Below are positions 9,534 to 20,414 of a stretch of 50,396 nucleotides of DNA, piece after piece. Position 1 is the stretch's first letter. Every line of letters begins with the position of its first letter. Under the pieces are notes generated by a model. The model had not been told where the DNA came from and searched no databases. It worked only from the letters and a program-made list of their open reading frames with translations. Made by a program: the position numbers and the translations under genes. The stretch is from a virus (Duplodnaviria; Caudoviricetes): positions 1 through 50,396 of IMG/VR virus record IMGVR_UViG_3300036713_000334, one strand, 5' to 3'.

Positions 9534-9570
9534 ACCCCCTCCGGCCTTCTTGGTCGGAGGGGTCTTTTTG
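9534..9570 (+). terminator. rho-independent terminator
   Basis: CCCCTCCGGCC/GGTCGGAGGGG stem followed by TCTTTTTG. Confidence 0.8.
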
Positions 9571-9589
9571 ATTAAAAGGAGAAGCCCCG

Positions 9590-10030
9590 ATGAAGGGACT
9601 CAAGATTCCAGACCAACCGGTACTAATGCAGACTAACCGAGATTACCGTCTCTCTAGCCTCAATGGCTACGTTGTAAACTTCCGCGCAGGCCAACCATGC
9701 AGGGTTCCCCCAAATGCTTATTTGGAGGCTGTTAGTGTTGGAGCAGTTATGTGCGATGACCAGCCTGAAGTGGAACCAGAAGAGATAACAGAGAGGCCAA
9801 GCATCGCTGAAACTGCTAAACTAGAGGCGGAAGCAAAGCTTGGCTATATACAGCAGGCTTGCCTCAAAGTGATGGCAGAAAACGATACAAGTTTATTGAA
9901 AACAGACGGCTCGCCAAAGGTAATTGCTGTAATAAGCGCCTTAGAGCCACAAGCACCCCGACCGTCTGCTGCAGAGATTCAGCAGGTGTGGGATCTTATG
10001 CAAAGGGACATGGATTTGGCTGAGGACTAA
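9590..10030 (+). CDS. hypothetical head-associated protein
   Basis: AAGGAG RBS; the C-terminal KTDGSPKV..AAEIQQVW helical motif resembles small proteins that follow capsid genes. Confidence 0.6.
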   Translation: MKGLKIPDQPVLMQTNRDYRLSSLNGYVVNFRAGQPCRVPPNAYLEAVSVGAVMCDDQPEVEPEEITERPSIAETAKLEAEAKLGYIQQACLKVMAENDTSLLKTDGSPKVIAVISALEPQAPRPSAAEIQQVWDLMQRDMDLAED

Positions 10031-10722
10031 TGGCTACTGCACAGGATATCTTTGATGAAACGCGTCGCATCATTCATGACGAAGAAATTGGTAATTACCG
10101 ATGGGCAGATGCGGAACTCATTGACTATTTGAACGCTGGAACGCGTCAGATCGTTGTCCTGTTGCCAGAAGCTAACTCAATTGAATCTATAGAAGATACC
10201 GGACTGTCCCGAGTGGCACGCCAAGTGTTGCCGGCTGGGGGGATCAAATTTATTCGCGCTGGTAGGAATTACGCGGATGACGGAACTACGCCACAAGGGA
10301 CTGTCAGGTATGTCGAGAAAGACGTATTAGATACGTATGACTTAGATTGGGAATACACGTTAGCCACTGGCGTTGTCGATGGCCCTAACTATTTCCAGCA
10401 CTATTGTCACGACAGTAGAGAACCAAAAACGTACTTTTTATATCCGCCTCCCGCTGCGGACAACAAAAGACTGGCAGTGGTGTACTCAGCTGTGCCCACA
10501 GCTATTACTGCCGTCGGCAATACTTTCCCCCTGGATGATGAGTACATCAACGCAGCCATCCAGTATGTGACTTATCGAGCACTTACCAAAGAGTCTGTAC
10601 AGACACTGCCAAGTGCATATCGAGCAGAATTGTGGCAGAATTTCCTTCAGGCTTTGGGCCTACAACGAGCAGCTTCAACTGAGGTTAGCGCGGAAATGAA
10701 CAGACCCCCGGACGGTGATTAA
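10030..10722 (+). CDS. head-tail adaptor protein (DUF6682-like)
   Basis: RWADAELIDYLNAG...YLYPPP...YRALTKE pattern; position after the head genes. Confidence 0.7.
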   Translation: MATAQDIFDETRRIIHDEEIGNYRWADAELIDYLNAGTRQIVVLLPEANSIESIEDTGLSRVARQVLPAGGIKFIRAGRNYADDGTTPQGTVRYVEKDVLDTYDLDWEYTLATGVVDGPNYFQHYCHDSREPKTYFLYPPPAADNKRLAVVYSAVPTAITAVGNTFPLDDEYINAAIQYVTYRALTKESVQTLPSAYRAELWQNFLQALGLQRAASTEVSAEMNRPPDGD

Positions 10723-11429
10723 TGACTGCTATTGCATCTGTATACCCAAAGGTTCGCATTGAAGCACCAGGCGCGCCAGAGCCACTTATCGCAGATGTGG
10801 TTGGCGACGCGATGCGCGACTTCTTCCGAGACACAGAGGTATGGCGACACACCACATCTCCCCTCCTCGACTGGACAACAGGAGCAGTTTTCCCTGCCCT
10901 AACCCCTGGCGCTGAACTTCCTGCCGACACACGCGTAGTGCGCGTGGACGAGGTAAAGTATGCAAACGACGGCACCAACTTGAAGTCAATTTCGTTTAGC
11001 ACAAGAAGTCAGCTCGACGGGGAGTTCCCAGATTGGGAAGTACGAACCGGTACTAGCCCACAACGTTGGACAAACGATGGCAACGCAGGATCTCCACGTA
11101 TAGTTCCTATTGCCGATGCAGACGTCCTCAGCTCCCTGCAGATCCGTGTGGTCGTGTCCCCGATAAGTACTATGACCGACGTGCCTGATTGGTGGTACGA
11201 CGAGTTTCATGATATATGGCGCTTCGGTGCTTTAGCCAGGCTTCTTAAAATGCCGGGGCGGGATTGGACAAACCCACCACTTGCGCAGTATTACATGGCA
11301 TTGGAACGCGAAGGAGTGAAGATGGCCAAGAGCCGGGGAGATGCGGAGTTCGGAACCCCGAATCGCACGATGTCCTATGGAGGGATAGGCGGCTCCACAT
11401 ATGTCCGCTACGACGACTACGGGCGATAA
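10722..11429 (+). CDS. second adaptor / tail tubular protein A-like
   Basis: APGAPEPL..FFRDTEVWR and GALARLLKMPGRDWTNP motifs; precedes the nozzle. Confidence 0.6.
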   Translation: MTAIASVYPKVRIEAPGAPEPLIADVVGDAMRDFFRDTEVWRHTTSPLLDWTTGAVFPALTPGAELPADTRVVRVDEVKYANDGTNLKSISFSTRSQLDGEFPDWEVRTGTSPQRWTNDGNAGSPRIVPIADADVLSSLQIRVVVSPISTMTDVPDWWYDEFHDIWRFGALARLLKMPGRDWTNPPLAQYYMALEREGVKMAKSRGDAEFGTPNRTMSYGGIGGSTYVRYDDYGR

Positions 11430-11431
11430 CC

Positions 11432-14400
11432 ATGGCTGGGTTCCGATTTAATGTATTCAAGGGTATTCGCCCAAGAGTTTCGAAGCGTAAGCTTCCAGAC
11501 GGCGAAGCACAAACTGCAGAGAATGTTCGCCTAGGCAGTGGCGACCTCGAGGGGTGGCGGCAAAACAAGCTGGTAACAGCCACTAACGATCCGTATCAGA
11601 CTCGTACTGTATTCTTGTATGAGGACACGTCCGCAGATCTAGCATACTGGTTCCAGTGGACAGACTTTGTTGATGTGGCGCGCGGCCCAATCAAGGGCGA
11701 TTCGTTCGACCGGGTGTATTACACCGGCGACGGCACGCCAAAAATGACATACAACACGATCCAAAGTGCGCCTCCATACCCTTCAACGGCGTATGAACTT
11801 GGCGTACCCCAACCGCTTACACGCTTGACGACAGCAGGACAACTATTACCAGAAGATGTCCCAGCTAATATCCGACGTACATCTTCTGATCCAGGCACAC
11901 GGCCACAGACAGGTCAGTTTGAGATCGTAAATGTTGACTTTACTGAATACCCAGGAACGGGTACGTCGAACGACACATGGCGGCTAGCGGCCGGCGCACT
12001 TGGCGACATCTCGTTTCAGTTAGAAGTCGGCGACACGTTGAAAGTCTTAAGTATAGTCGACGCCGACACACTCACTCTTGGAAGTGCCACCGGCACTGGC
12101 GCTGTTGCCGCTACTGCGCAGAACGATAAGACTTCTGTAAACTACTGGCATCCCATGGACGAGCAGGGGTCAACACAGCTCGCCGACTTTATCGGATGGC
12201 GTATCCCTGATGGCATGGAGGTGACGATTTCTAATCACCGATTGCGCGAGGGCGACGTGATCCGCATCACACGCCTCGACGCTTCTTACGGGCTAAGTTG
12301 GTCGTGGGCACTTACCAGTGACTTGTTTGAGTTATCCCCCACCGGCGGAACAGGCACCTGGGGCGTACCCTTTCTGGACGACGACAATGTTACCCGACAT
12401 GAGAACGTACGACTCGGCAGGTCGGCTGACGGTGCCACTAAGTTTGAATTAGGTGGTGGATTCTACTATGACGTTGACCGGGCTAGCTCTGACAATGACA
12501 TCCTGGAAGATCGCACATACGTGTATACGTACGTCTCGGCAGTAGGCGAAGAGGGCCCACCCTCTAAGCCTTCCCAGTTAGTACAGGCACTCGATGGAGA
12601 TGCAGTTACCTTAACCGGATTTGACCTGGCACCCACTGGCTTTCGGAATATAGATCGCATTCGCATCTACCGCACGAATGCAACCGCGGTCGGCACCGAG
12701 TATCAGTTTGTCAAGGAAGTTACCATTGCGCAGGTCATCTCGGATGGAGGAGCGGTCGACACTGTTTCAGCTGCTGAGCTGGGAGAGGTGATATTCAGTT
12801 CAACCTGGTTCCCCCCTCCTGTTGGGATGCAAGGCATAGTAGGTATGCCTAATGGCATGATGGTTGGATTTGAGGGCAAGAACATTTATTTTGCCGAGCC
12901 ATTCCAACCACACGCTTACCCACCTGAATATGACCAGGCAGTTGATTATGAAGTGGTTGCACTTGCTCCATTTGCCAACTCTGTTGCGGTGCTAACGACA
13001 GGCACCCCGTACCTTATTACCGGGTCACATCCTCGGAATGCAAACATACGTCCATACAAGATCAACCAGGCGTGTATGTACAAAGAGTCTGTCGCCACAG
13101 CAAACGACAAAGTCTACTATGCATCCCCTGACGGACTGGTTGAAATCGGCGTAAACGGCGCACGGATTACAACAAATCGCCACGTTTGGAAGAAGGAGTG
13201 GGCGGATTTTCAGCCGGAGCTGATGGTCGGCGAGTTCCACGATGATAAGTATTACGGTTTTTTTGGGGCAGACAACACAGTTATCCCTCAACCCACTGGC
13301 TCGGTGGTAGCCACCGGAACACTGGTGACGGACGCAGAGACATTTGAAGCAGAGATAGTGGCCGGGGGCAAAACGCTTATTCTCACGCTGACCAACGATA
13401 CGTGGGTGACAGCAGGTGCCACGTTTGATTCAGTCCGCGATGACATTCTTTTCAGCATAACCTCAAACAACAATGAAGCCTTGGGGTGGAACAACCAGGT
13501 CACCAATATACCAACAACGGATGTCGTACGCACAAGTGACACAGTGGTTACTATTACTTTGTCGGCCCTATCAGCTTACTCGATCACGGAAGCGGAGATA
13601 CTTAGTATACGTGCCCCCGCATTAGCGCTTACAGGGCAGTCGACGTTAGTAGCGGAAGATACAGCCATTCTTTACAACGATAGCATCTACGCTACCGAGG
13701 TAGTCGTTACCACCGGATGGTCGGTAAGTGGCCCTGACGGCAACGTACCAGAGGTGTTTGTGTCTGAAGAGAACATCGAGAATTGGGCCCGCATCATTGC
13801 ACCGAGCGGCATTGACCCAGCCAACGCTGTTAACCTGCGCGATGCTGCTTACCACAAGACATTGGGCAGATGGGCCGTGGTTGGGGAAGGATCTCTACAA
13901 GCTGATAGGACATATATTTATTCGTCGGATGACATTAGAGACTCTAACTCCTGGGTGGAGCGCCTCTCTGACTCACTGCCCCGTCCACGTGTCGCGTTGT
14001 ATGAGGACATCACCGATGCCATCTTCGTAGGTGGCGATGGATGGATACGCACCTCTAATGATTGCATAAACTGGGGGCTCACGCCTCTCCCCGGATCGAC
14101 TCAGGGCAAGCAGCTTATGGGCCTGGTCCGTTCGCCCGGCGCAGCAGTAGGAGGCATTCCCTATGTCTATGGGGCATTCGACGATGATAAGCAAGTGGTT
14201 CGTAGTGCGCGCATTGACACCAGTCCACTTTCCACAACATGGACAGTTATCGACACACTGACCGGGGCAGGAGCTGGCGTCACTGCAATTTGCTCAGGCG
14301 ATGGGGCTGTTTTTGTCTGCGAAGGTACGAAGCTTGGGTACTATGCTCAAGGTGGGACCACATACACGAACATTGGATCCCTCACAGGAAGCATAGTTGA

Positions 14401-15187
14401 CATGGCTTACGGCAACGGCCGGCTGGTGGCGATCACAGATAACGGGTCTGTTCAGTATGCGGACTCCCCAAATATCCTCACGATCGGCAATTGGTCAGCG
14501 CAAGCGGCAGCGATAGACGGCGGCGTAGGAGCTGGCGATACTTGTAGAATTGAATGGGCCGATGGAGACGACACCAAGATTGGCTACGGCTTCGTGGTTA
14601 CGTTGTCTGGCTTCAACGGCAACCCAGGCGACTATCAAGTCTATACCAGCCCTGATGCAGTAACCTGGACGTTACGTGAGACTGTTGCAAACACACAAGA
14701 TGCGTTTGGTGTAGGCGTTAAATACCCAGAGACAGATCTCGACGGAGGCGCTGCCAGTACGGGCGTGAATTTGAGTGGTGCTTCAATCCAGTTCTTTTCA
14801 CGAATCCTACCAGCACCCGTCACACGGTTAGTTGTCGGGTCGGACGGCAGAATGTTCAAGCAGAACCTCGGGCTGTCTCCAGTGCAGATATCCCCATCCA
14901 CCGACTGGATCATACCGAACTTCGCTGCTGATACGTTATACGAGTTCCGGGTCACGAATGTAGTACCACTTACCGGTCTAGGAGCCGTCTTTGCCGAATC
15001 GCCAGGCACGGACGGGAACTGGTTTAACCTCGCCGGAGGAGACCTGATATGGTCTGTGCAAGACGCGACCTTCCGGTTTGACCTCGAGGTAAGGTATAAT
15101 GGCGGCCCGACACTAAGCTCAGCACGCTACGTGCTTGCTTCGGAGGCGTATACTGACCCCCGTGACTTCACTCCAGGTGTGCTCTAA
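11432..15187 (+). CDS. tail nozzle (tubular protein B-like), N-terminal part, with inserted and appended domains
   Basis: Start MAGFRFNVFKGIRPR at 11432; TYVYTYV..GEEGPPS, MPNGMMVGF, FAEPFQPHAYP and YASPDGLV nozzle motifs, then about 640 aa of extra beta-rich sequence. Confidence 0.7.
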   Translation: MAGFRFNVFKGIRPRVSKRKLPDGEAQTAENVRLGSGDLEGWRQNKLVTATNDPYQTRTVFLYEDTSADLAYWFQWTDFVDVARGPIKGDSFDRVYYTGDGTPKMTYNTIQSAPPYPSTAYELGVPQPLTRLTTAGQLLPEDVPANIRRTSSDPGTRPQTGQFEIVNVDFTEYPGTGTSNDTWRLAAGALGDISFQLEVGDTLKVLSIVDADTLTLGSATGTGAVAATAQNDKTSVNYWHPMDEQGSTQLADFIGWRIPDGMEVTISNHRLREGDVIRITRLDASYGLSWSWALTSDLFELSPTGGTGTWGVPFLDDDNVTRHENVRLGRSADGATKFELGGGFYYDVDRASSDNDILEDRTYVYTYVSAVGEEGPPSKPSQLVQALDGDAVTLTGFDLAPTGFRNIDRIRIYRTNATAVGTEYQFVKEVTIAQVISDGGAVDTVSAAELGEVIFSSTWFPPPVGMQGIVGMPNGMMVGFEGKNIYFAEPFQPHAYPPEYDQAVDYEVVALAPFANSVAVLTTGTPYLITGSHPRNANIRPYKINQACMYKESVATANDKVYYASPDGLVEIGVNGARITTNRHVWKKEWADFQPELMVGEFHDDKYYGFFGADNTVIPQPTGSVVATGTLVTDAETFEAEIVAGGKTLILTLTNDTWVTAGATFDSVRDDILFSITSNNNEALGWNNQVTNIPTTDVVRTSDTVVTITLSALSAYSITEAEILSIRAPALALTGQSTLVAEDTAILYNDSIYATEVVVTTGWSVSGPDGNVPEVFVSEENIENWARIIAPSGIDPANAVNLRDAAYHKTLGRWAVVGEGSLQADRTYIYSSDDIRDSNSWVERLSDSLPRPRVALYEDITDAIFVGGDGWIRTSNDCINWGLTPLPGSTQGKQLMGLVRSPGAAVGGIPYVYGAFDDDKQVVRSARIDTSPLSTTWTVIDTLTGAGAGVTAICSGDGAVFVCEGTKLGYYAQGGTTYTNIGSLTGSIVDMAYGNGRLVAITDNGSVQYADSPNILTIGNWSAQAAAIDGGVGAGDTCRIEWADGDDTKIGYGFVVTLSGFNGNPGDYQVYTSPDAVTWTLRETVANTQDAFGVGVKYPETDLDGGAASTGVNLSGASIQFFSRILPAPVTRLVVGSDGRMFKQNLGLSPVQISPSTDWIIPNFAADTLYEFRVTNVVPLTGLGAVFAESPGTDGNWFNLAGGDLIWSVQDATFRFDLEVRYNGGPTLSSARYVLASEAYTDPRDFTPGVL

Positions 15188-16404
15188 TGGCAGGACTGAT
15201 TGTATTTGACCCGGATAACGAAGAAGTCGGCCTTTCCACCGGAGACGACGTCGCGGTCAACACGTACCTAGACATTCAGAACGATAACTTGTACTTCACC
15301 GATGGACTGTCCATTTATTCGTGGGATAACGACCCCGACGGGTACAGGCAAACATACACCTGGCGCTCCGGCGAAATCCGTATGCCATCCCCCGTAAATA
15401 TGGGAGCTGCGATTGTCGAGGCAGAACTTTACGCCGAAACCATAGGCGAAGTTATAGGGGACCCGTATATAGCCGATGTTGTTTTGTGCGCGGGGTTCGA
15501 TGGCATAAACCTCGCAACAGCATACACGGAAGTTGCACGAGACGAACCTGGCGTATTCTTAGGCAATGCACAGCTTAATACCACAGTAAAAGCGGGAGGC
15601 ACAGCCTCTTTACTGCTTGACGGCACTGGCGACGTCGTACAGTTTGGTCCAGACGCTGCTTCAGCAGCAGCATATACTATAGGCGCAGCTGGCACTGCTA
15701 CTGTAGAAGGGTTCGTTAACCTCAGCCAATTGCCGTCAGCAAGTCAGCGGATGGCTATCATTGCGCATGACAGTGCTGATGTTGCGTCATTTTTTGTAGA
15801 GATATACAACAATGCGGGAACGTACCAACTCCGAGCTGATTTTGGTAACGGCAATTTTACCAACACCGCTATTACGATTACACCCTCAATAAATCAGTGG
15901 TATCACTTCGCAGTTCAGTTCGTTGCTAACAGCTTCATGGAATTTATGTGGACTGAGTACAATGGTGTTGGCAGCATTGGCGCTGCCATGACTAACTATG
16001 CCTTTATAGCAAAGCAAGGCAGTGGACCACAGACGCCGGACGACTTTGGGCCGATAATGACTATTGGTGGTCGTACAGACGGCACAGTTGGTCGCGAGTT
16101 CAATGGTCGTATTGATAGCATCCGGTTTACCAATGGTACTAGAAGATATACTACCGTAGGGAACCGATTGGTTCCTGACCCCGTCTACCCTAAAGTACTT
16201 CCTGTTGTGGGTGAGGACTACGATGTTATTTTCCGCCTATACTCCGAAGGAGTACTAAAGCATACACAGACTGTCGTGAACGATGAGCCTTTCAGGCTCC
16301 CCGGCGGGTACCTATCCAATATCTACTCAGTAGAGATTGAGAGTGCGCTCCCCGTTAATCGTGTCTCAGTAGCAGAGAACATATTCGAACTAGCGGAGGG
16401 ATAA
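15187..16404 (+). CDS. tail nozzle C-terminal part with inserted LamG/ConA-like domain
   Basis: YTWRS..PVNMGAAIVEA and FRLPGGY..EIES..VAENIFEL termini flank a DPY..FDG..GNAQ..WYHFAV..FNGRID..RY segment. Confidence 0.65.
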   Translation: MAGLIVFDPDNEEVGLSTGDDVAVNTYLDIQNDNLYFTDGLSIYSWDNDPDGYRQTYTWRSGEIRMPSPVNMGAAIVEAELYAETIGEVIGDPYIADVVLCAGFDGINLATAYTEVARDEPGVFLGNAQLNTTVKAGGTASLLLDGTGDVVQFGPDAASAAAYTIGAAGTATVEGFVNLSQLPSASQRMAIIAHDSADVASFFVEIYNNAGTYQLRADFGNGNFTNTAITITPSINQWYHFAVQFVANSFMEFMWTEYNGVGSIGAAMTNYAFIAKQGSGPQTPDDFGPIMTIGGRTDGTVGREFNGRIDSIRFTNGTRRYTTVGNRLVPDPVYPKVLPVVGEDYDVIFRLYSEGVLKHTQTVVNDEPFRLPGGYLSNIYSVEIESALPVNRVSVAENIFELAEG

Positions 16405-18495
16405 ATGGCAATTGATTCCGTTGGGGCACGCTCGAAGCGACGTCGCCTACCTTCAGTCGATGTACCCAAAGTTCAAGACGACGAACTCCGGCGCTCCCTT
16501 GAGTCTCTCAAGGAGCACGTCCGTATGTACGAAGGCGACTCCGGCGCACCCAAAGAACGCTTTGTTACGATAGAAGAGCTCGAGAAAGCCGGGCTCATAG
16601 GAACTAAGCTACAAAATAACTTCGCCCTGATTGACTCGATTGCTGGTAACCCTGTGACTCAGGGTCAACAGTCTAGTAGCACGTCTCTTATATCTAACCA
16701 GGGCAGTTCAGGATCTGACACGCTAGAAGGCTTATCAGACACAAGCGTAGCTGGGGCCCCAGCAAATAGCTTTTTACAGCTGAAAAACGGCCAATGGGTA
16801 GGCACCTCTCTTTTTGCAGGCCAACATACGTGGACTACTAAGCAGACATTCGTCGACTGCATCCGCATTGCCGGCATCGATTCAGGATTCGTTGACTTCC
16901 AGCATGACAATACCGACCTGAATATAACTGGGAGTAGCACTACTAGCCTTAACATCTCCGGCATGGAGGTGACCCTGGACAATGCTAAGGGTATCAATTG
17001 GGGAACAACAGAGCTACTGATAAAAACGTCAGCGGTTGGCATCTCCAGTGAGTGGGGCAGCAGCATGAACTCCGACTGGACTGCATTTGGTGTAGTTGCT
17101 GATACTGCTGCACTAGAGTCTACGGGCATATTGCAAGACAGCATTTTTGGCATGGACGGGTTTGATGTATCTGATGACGGTTTACATGCAATTATGTGTG
17201 AGCAGTCTGGAGATCGAATTGTTGCCTATGATTTAGATGGCCCATACGACTTTGAAAACGCAACGCGAACAGGCGCAATTCACAGTGGAACTGGAGCGTT
17301 CAATCCCGGTGACGGCATCCAGTGGATCAACAGTGGTGCTTCGTACCTACTTCACCGACTAAGTGCAAGTAGCGTTGACATTTTTAACTGCCCATCACCC
17401 TATACCGTTAATGGTAGTCCGGGTGGCCCAGCACAGTCCGTGACCAATGCCACACTTGGTTGGTTGGGCACTGCTGCCTATAAAATGTCGAGGGACGGCA
17501 CAAAACTTATTGGCTCAGGCAACAACGGAGATAGCACTTACTCGGTTAAAATTTTTGAGCTTGCAACTCCCTTTGTCATTACAACTGGAAGAACACTTCT
17601 AAGCACCTATACATATACGGGCGATACTAACGCGCCTAACGGCAAGATGAATGGCATGTCCCTCTCAGAAGACGGCCTGTCCTTAATCTTTAACTACAGC
17701 ACTGCTCAGATAAATATCGGAAATATGACTGTTCCGTTTGATGTTACAACAATGACATTCCCCGGTGCTAGAAATGTTCAGTCAAGTTTTGGTAATAATC
17801 CGTGGAATGGCAATCACATAACGCCCGATGGTAATAGTCTTTATGTGTTTTGCACTAATAGTGCATTCGGAGCGATAGCCAGATACGACAAGACTGTTCC
17901 TAACCCGGCTGTTCAGGATGCAACTTTTATAGTGGGTGATCCGACTACGCCTACACAGATTGACGGGACTGCGACCAACATTACGTCAGCGGCAACAGAC
18001 ATTGACGGTACGTTGAATGTCGATGGTCTTGCCACTTTTCAAGCTGATGTCACTATATCTGATGACCTTACTATCACTAGCGGCGCACCAAAGATATTCA
18101 TGCAGGATAGTGATGCAACTGCCGATGAGGGCAACTGGATCATAGCGAACACAACCGATCAGTTCCGTATTGAGACTGCATCAGACGCAGCACCTGAAAC
18201 TCCTGTCGAAGCTGCTATTACAATTGGACGAACAGGCACAGCGGTTGACTCAGTTGATATTGGTGCGACTGATGTTACAATTACCAGTACAACTATCGAC
18301 ATCAATGGTGTCGATCCAACAATACATCTTGGTGAGGTGACTGGTGCGCAGTCTCTTTCTCTTGATGTAACAGCAATTTCAAACCAGATCGTTGTTGAAG
18401 CAGATGCTCTGGACAGTACACCCATCGAGGATAATACTGATGGCGGACTAAAGAAGACAACTTTGTCTTCAATAACTGATGGTGGATTTTTCTAA
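16405..18495 (+). CDS. tail fibre/spike protein with beta-propeller-like repeats
   Basis: Short helical N-terminal anchor; repeats of the VSDDG/MSRDG/LSEDG/ITPDG type; ends DGGFF. Confidence 0.65.
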   Translation: MAIDSVGARSKRRRLPSVDVPKVQDDELRRSLESLKEHVRMYEGDSGAPKERFVTIEELEKAGLIGTKLQNNFALIDSIAGNPVTQGQQSSSTSLISNQGSSGSDTLEGLSDTSVAGAPANSFLQLKNGQWVGTSLFAGQHTWTTKQTFVDCIRIAGIDSGFVDFQHDNTDLNITGSSTTSLNISGMEVTLDNAKGINWGTTELLIKTSAVGISSEWGSSMNSDWTAFGVVADTAALESTGILQDSIFGMDGFDVSDDGLHAIMCEQSGDRIVAYDLDGPYDFENATRTGAIHSGTGAFNPGDGIQWINSGASYLLHRLSASSVDIFNCPSPYTVNGSPGGPAQSVTNATLGWLGTAAYKMSRDGTKLIGSGNNGDSTYSVKIFELATPFVITTGRTLLSTYTYTGDTNAPNGKMNGMSLSEDGLSLIFNYSTAQINIGNMTVPFDVTTMTFPGARNVQSSFGNNPWNGNHITPDGNSLYVFCTNSAFGAIARYDKTVPNPAVQDATFIVGDPTTPTQIDGTATNITSAATDIDGTLNVDGLATFQADVTISDDLTITSGAPKIFMQDSDATADEGNWIIANTTDQFRIETASDAAPETPVEAAITIGRTGTAVDSVDIGATDVTITSTTIDINGVDPTIHLGEVTGAQSLSLDVTAISNQIVVEADALDSTPIEDNTDGGLKKTTLSSITDGGFF

Positions 18496-19952
18496 TGGCT
18501 AATGTAATTCGACTAAAAAGATCAACGGGTGCTGCTGCTCCAAGCTCTCTTGCCCAAGGTGAGCCAGCTTACGTTGAGCAACAAGGCTCCGGTGACGGTC
18601 GCCTTTATATAGGTGTTGGTGGTCCAGCGATTGAGGAAGTTGGCGGTAAGTATTACGTCGATATTATCAACAATCTCGATACTAACCTTCAGACGCTCAC
18701 GCTCCCTGCAAGTACAACGATCAGTACATTCGGTGCATCTATCATTGATGACCTTGATGCTAATGCCGTACTGACTACCCTTGGTGTTGATACTGACCTT
18801 ACTACGCTGACGATAGGCGCTTCTGCGACTGTCACTGGATCGAACACTGGCGACGTAACCCTTGCGGCTGGTCTTAACTACCTGACGATCTCATCGCAAG
18901 AGATCACGTTAGGGTCAGTTGACCTGACCACAGATGTCACTGGCGACCTACCGTTTGCCAACATAGCGCAGGTTGCGACTGATACTTTCCTTGGTAGGAA
19001 TACGGCAGCAACTGGTGACATCGAGGTTCTGACTAACGCTACAGCGAAAACGATGCTTGACCTCACTGGCACTAACAGCGGTGATGTCACTCTTACTGCT
19101 GGAACTGGAACGCCGTCATACCTCAGCTTAGCAACGCAAGCTATTACCTTTGATCAGATTGATCTATCTGGTACGGGTAACGATGTCACTGGCAACCTAC
19201 CAGTCACCAATCTGAACAGCGGAACAAGCGCATCATCAGCTACTTTCTGGCGCGGGGACGGCACATGGGCAACCCCGGCAGGTTCGGGCGACGTATCGTT
19301 CAACGCTGGCGTTGCACCTGCTGATAACGCGCTGGTTCGTTTTGATGGTGTTAGTGGAACGGTGATTCAAGAATCATCAATAATTATTGATGACTCTGAG
19401 AATGTTACTGGCATGGGTACGCTGAATGGCAAGACCATTGCCAATCTCGTATCTACAACCGATACAGGCTCAGCAACGTGGACTTGGTTTATTGACGATG
19501 ACACGATGGCAACAGCATCAGCTACGACTCTTGCCTCATCTGAATCAGTCAAGGCTTACGTTGATGGGGCAGTCACAGGTGCCCTTACTTATGAGGGTGC
19601 TTTTGACCCGACCGCAGGCGCAGGCGCTGGTTCTCCTGATTTGGATACGATCACCTCAACGACTGGTGACTTCTACACCGTAACCGTAGCAGGCACTTAC
19701 AACTGGACTACTGGATCAGCGATTCTTGAGGTTGGTGACTCACTGATTGCAGAGTCGGATGGCGTACTAAATAACGTTGCTAACTGGACTATCGTGCAGA
19801 ATAACCTGAGTGCAGCAACTATCTCGACTTCGGGTTACGTCTCAGTAGGTGCGCAGACCTTTGGTGGGACTAAGACCTTTGAAGACATTTCAGGTAATGA
19901 CGCAGGAGCTACGTTAGATTCGTTTATAATTGACGGTGGAACTTTCCCATAA
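18495..19952 (+). CDS. tail fibre protein
   Basis: N-terminal IRLKRS..P..L..GE domain, T/G/D-rich shaft repeats (TGxNxGDVTL), [10 protein letters not shown], ends IDGGTFP. Confidence 0.7.
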   Translation: MANVIRLKRSTGAAAPSSLAQGEPAYVEQQGSGDGRLYIGVGGPAIEEVGGKYYVDIINNLDTNLQTLTLPASTTISTFGASIIDDLDANAVLTTLGVDTDLTTLTIGASATVTGSNTGDVTLAAGLNYLTISSQEITLGSVDLTTDVTGDLPFANIAQVATDTFLGRNTAATGDIEVLTNATAKTMLDLTGTNSGDVTLTAGTGTPSYLSLATQAITFDQIDLSGTGNDVTGNLPVTNLNSGTSASSATFWRGDGTWATPAGSGDVSFNAGVAPADNALVRFDGVSGTVIQESSIIIDDSENVTGMGTLNGKTIANLVSTTDTGSATWTWFIDDDTMATASATTLASSESVKAYVDGAVTGALTYEGAFDPTAGAGAGSPDLDTITSTTGDFYTVTVAGTYNWTTGSAILEVGDSLIAESDGVLNNVANWTIVQNNLSAATISTSGYVSVGAQTFGGTKTFEDISGNDAGATLDSFIIDGGTFP

Positions 19953-19961
19953 GAGAGCTTC

Positions 19962-20414
19962 ATGGCTAACACAATAAGAATTAAGCGCAAGACAACTACT
20001 GGCGCTCCAGCAAATGGCGATCTGGTTGAGGGTGAGCTTGCGATAAACACGTTTGATCAGAAGTTGTACTCGAAAGATGCAACGACTGTCTTTGAGATTG
20101 GCGCAGGTAGTGGCAGTAGCGATACTTGGGTGATGAAAACAGCCACGTACACGTTAGTCGCTGGCGATAAGATTAACGTAACGGCGACCAGCGGAACGGC
20201 AACAATCGAACCACCAGCAACATTAGTCGCAGGCGATTCTTTTCAGGTTCACAACGATACGACATCAACACAAACAGTACAGGTTAATCCACAGACTGGG
20301 CAGACAATTCGTGGTGCTGGTAGCTCAGTAACTGCTGCTGACAATATGATATTGATCCCCGGTGATACGGCGCACTTTATCGCCATATCTACAACAGTTA
20401 TGGAGGTAGTGTAG
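19962..20414 (+). CDS. short tail-fibre-associated protein
   Basis: N-terminal IRIKRK..GELAINTFDQKLY domain similar to the previous gene; C-terminal beta domain. Confidence 0.65.
   Translation: MANTIRIKRKTTTGAPANGDLVEGELAINTFDQKLYSKDATTVFEIGAGSGSSDTWVMKTATYTLVAGDKINVTATSGTATIEPPATLVAGDSFQVHNDTTSTQTVQVNPQTGQTIRGAGSSVTAADNMILIPGDTAHFIAISTTVMEVV

Noticed and set aside
11264-11431. N-terminal extension of the nozzle ORF
   Set aside because: It overlaps the adaptor gene; the family-like start is MAGFRF at 11432.
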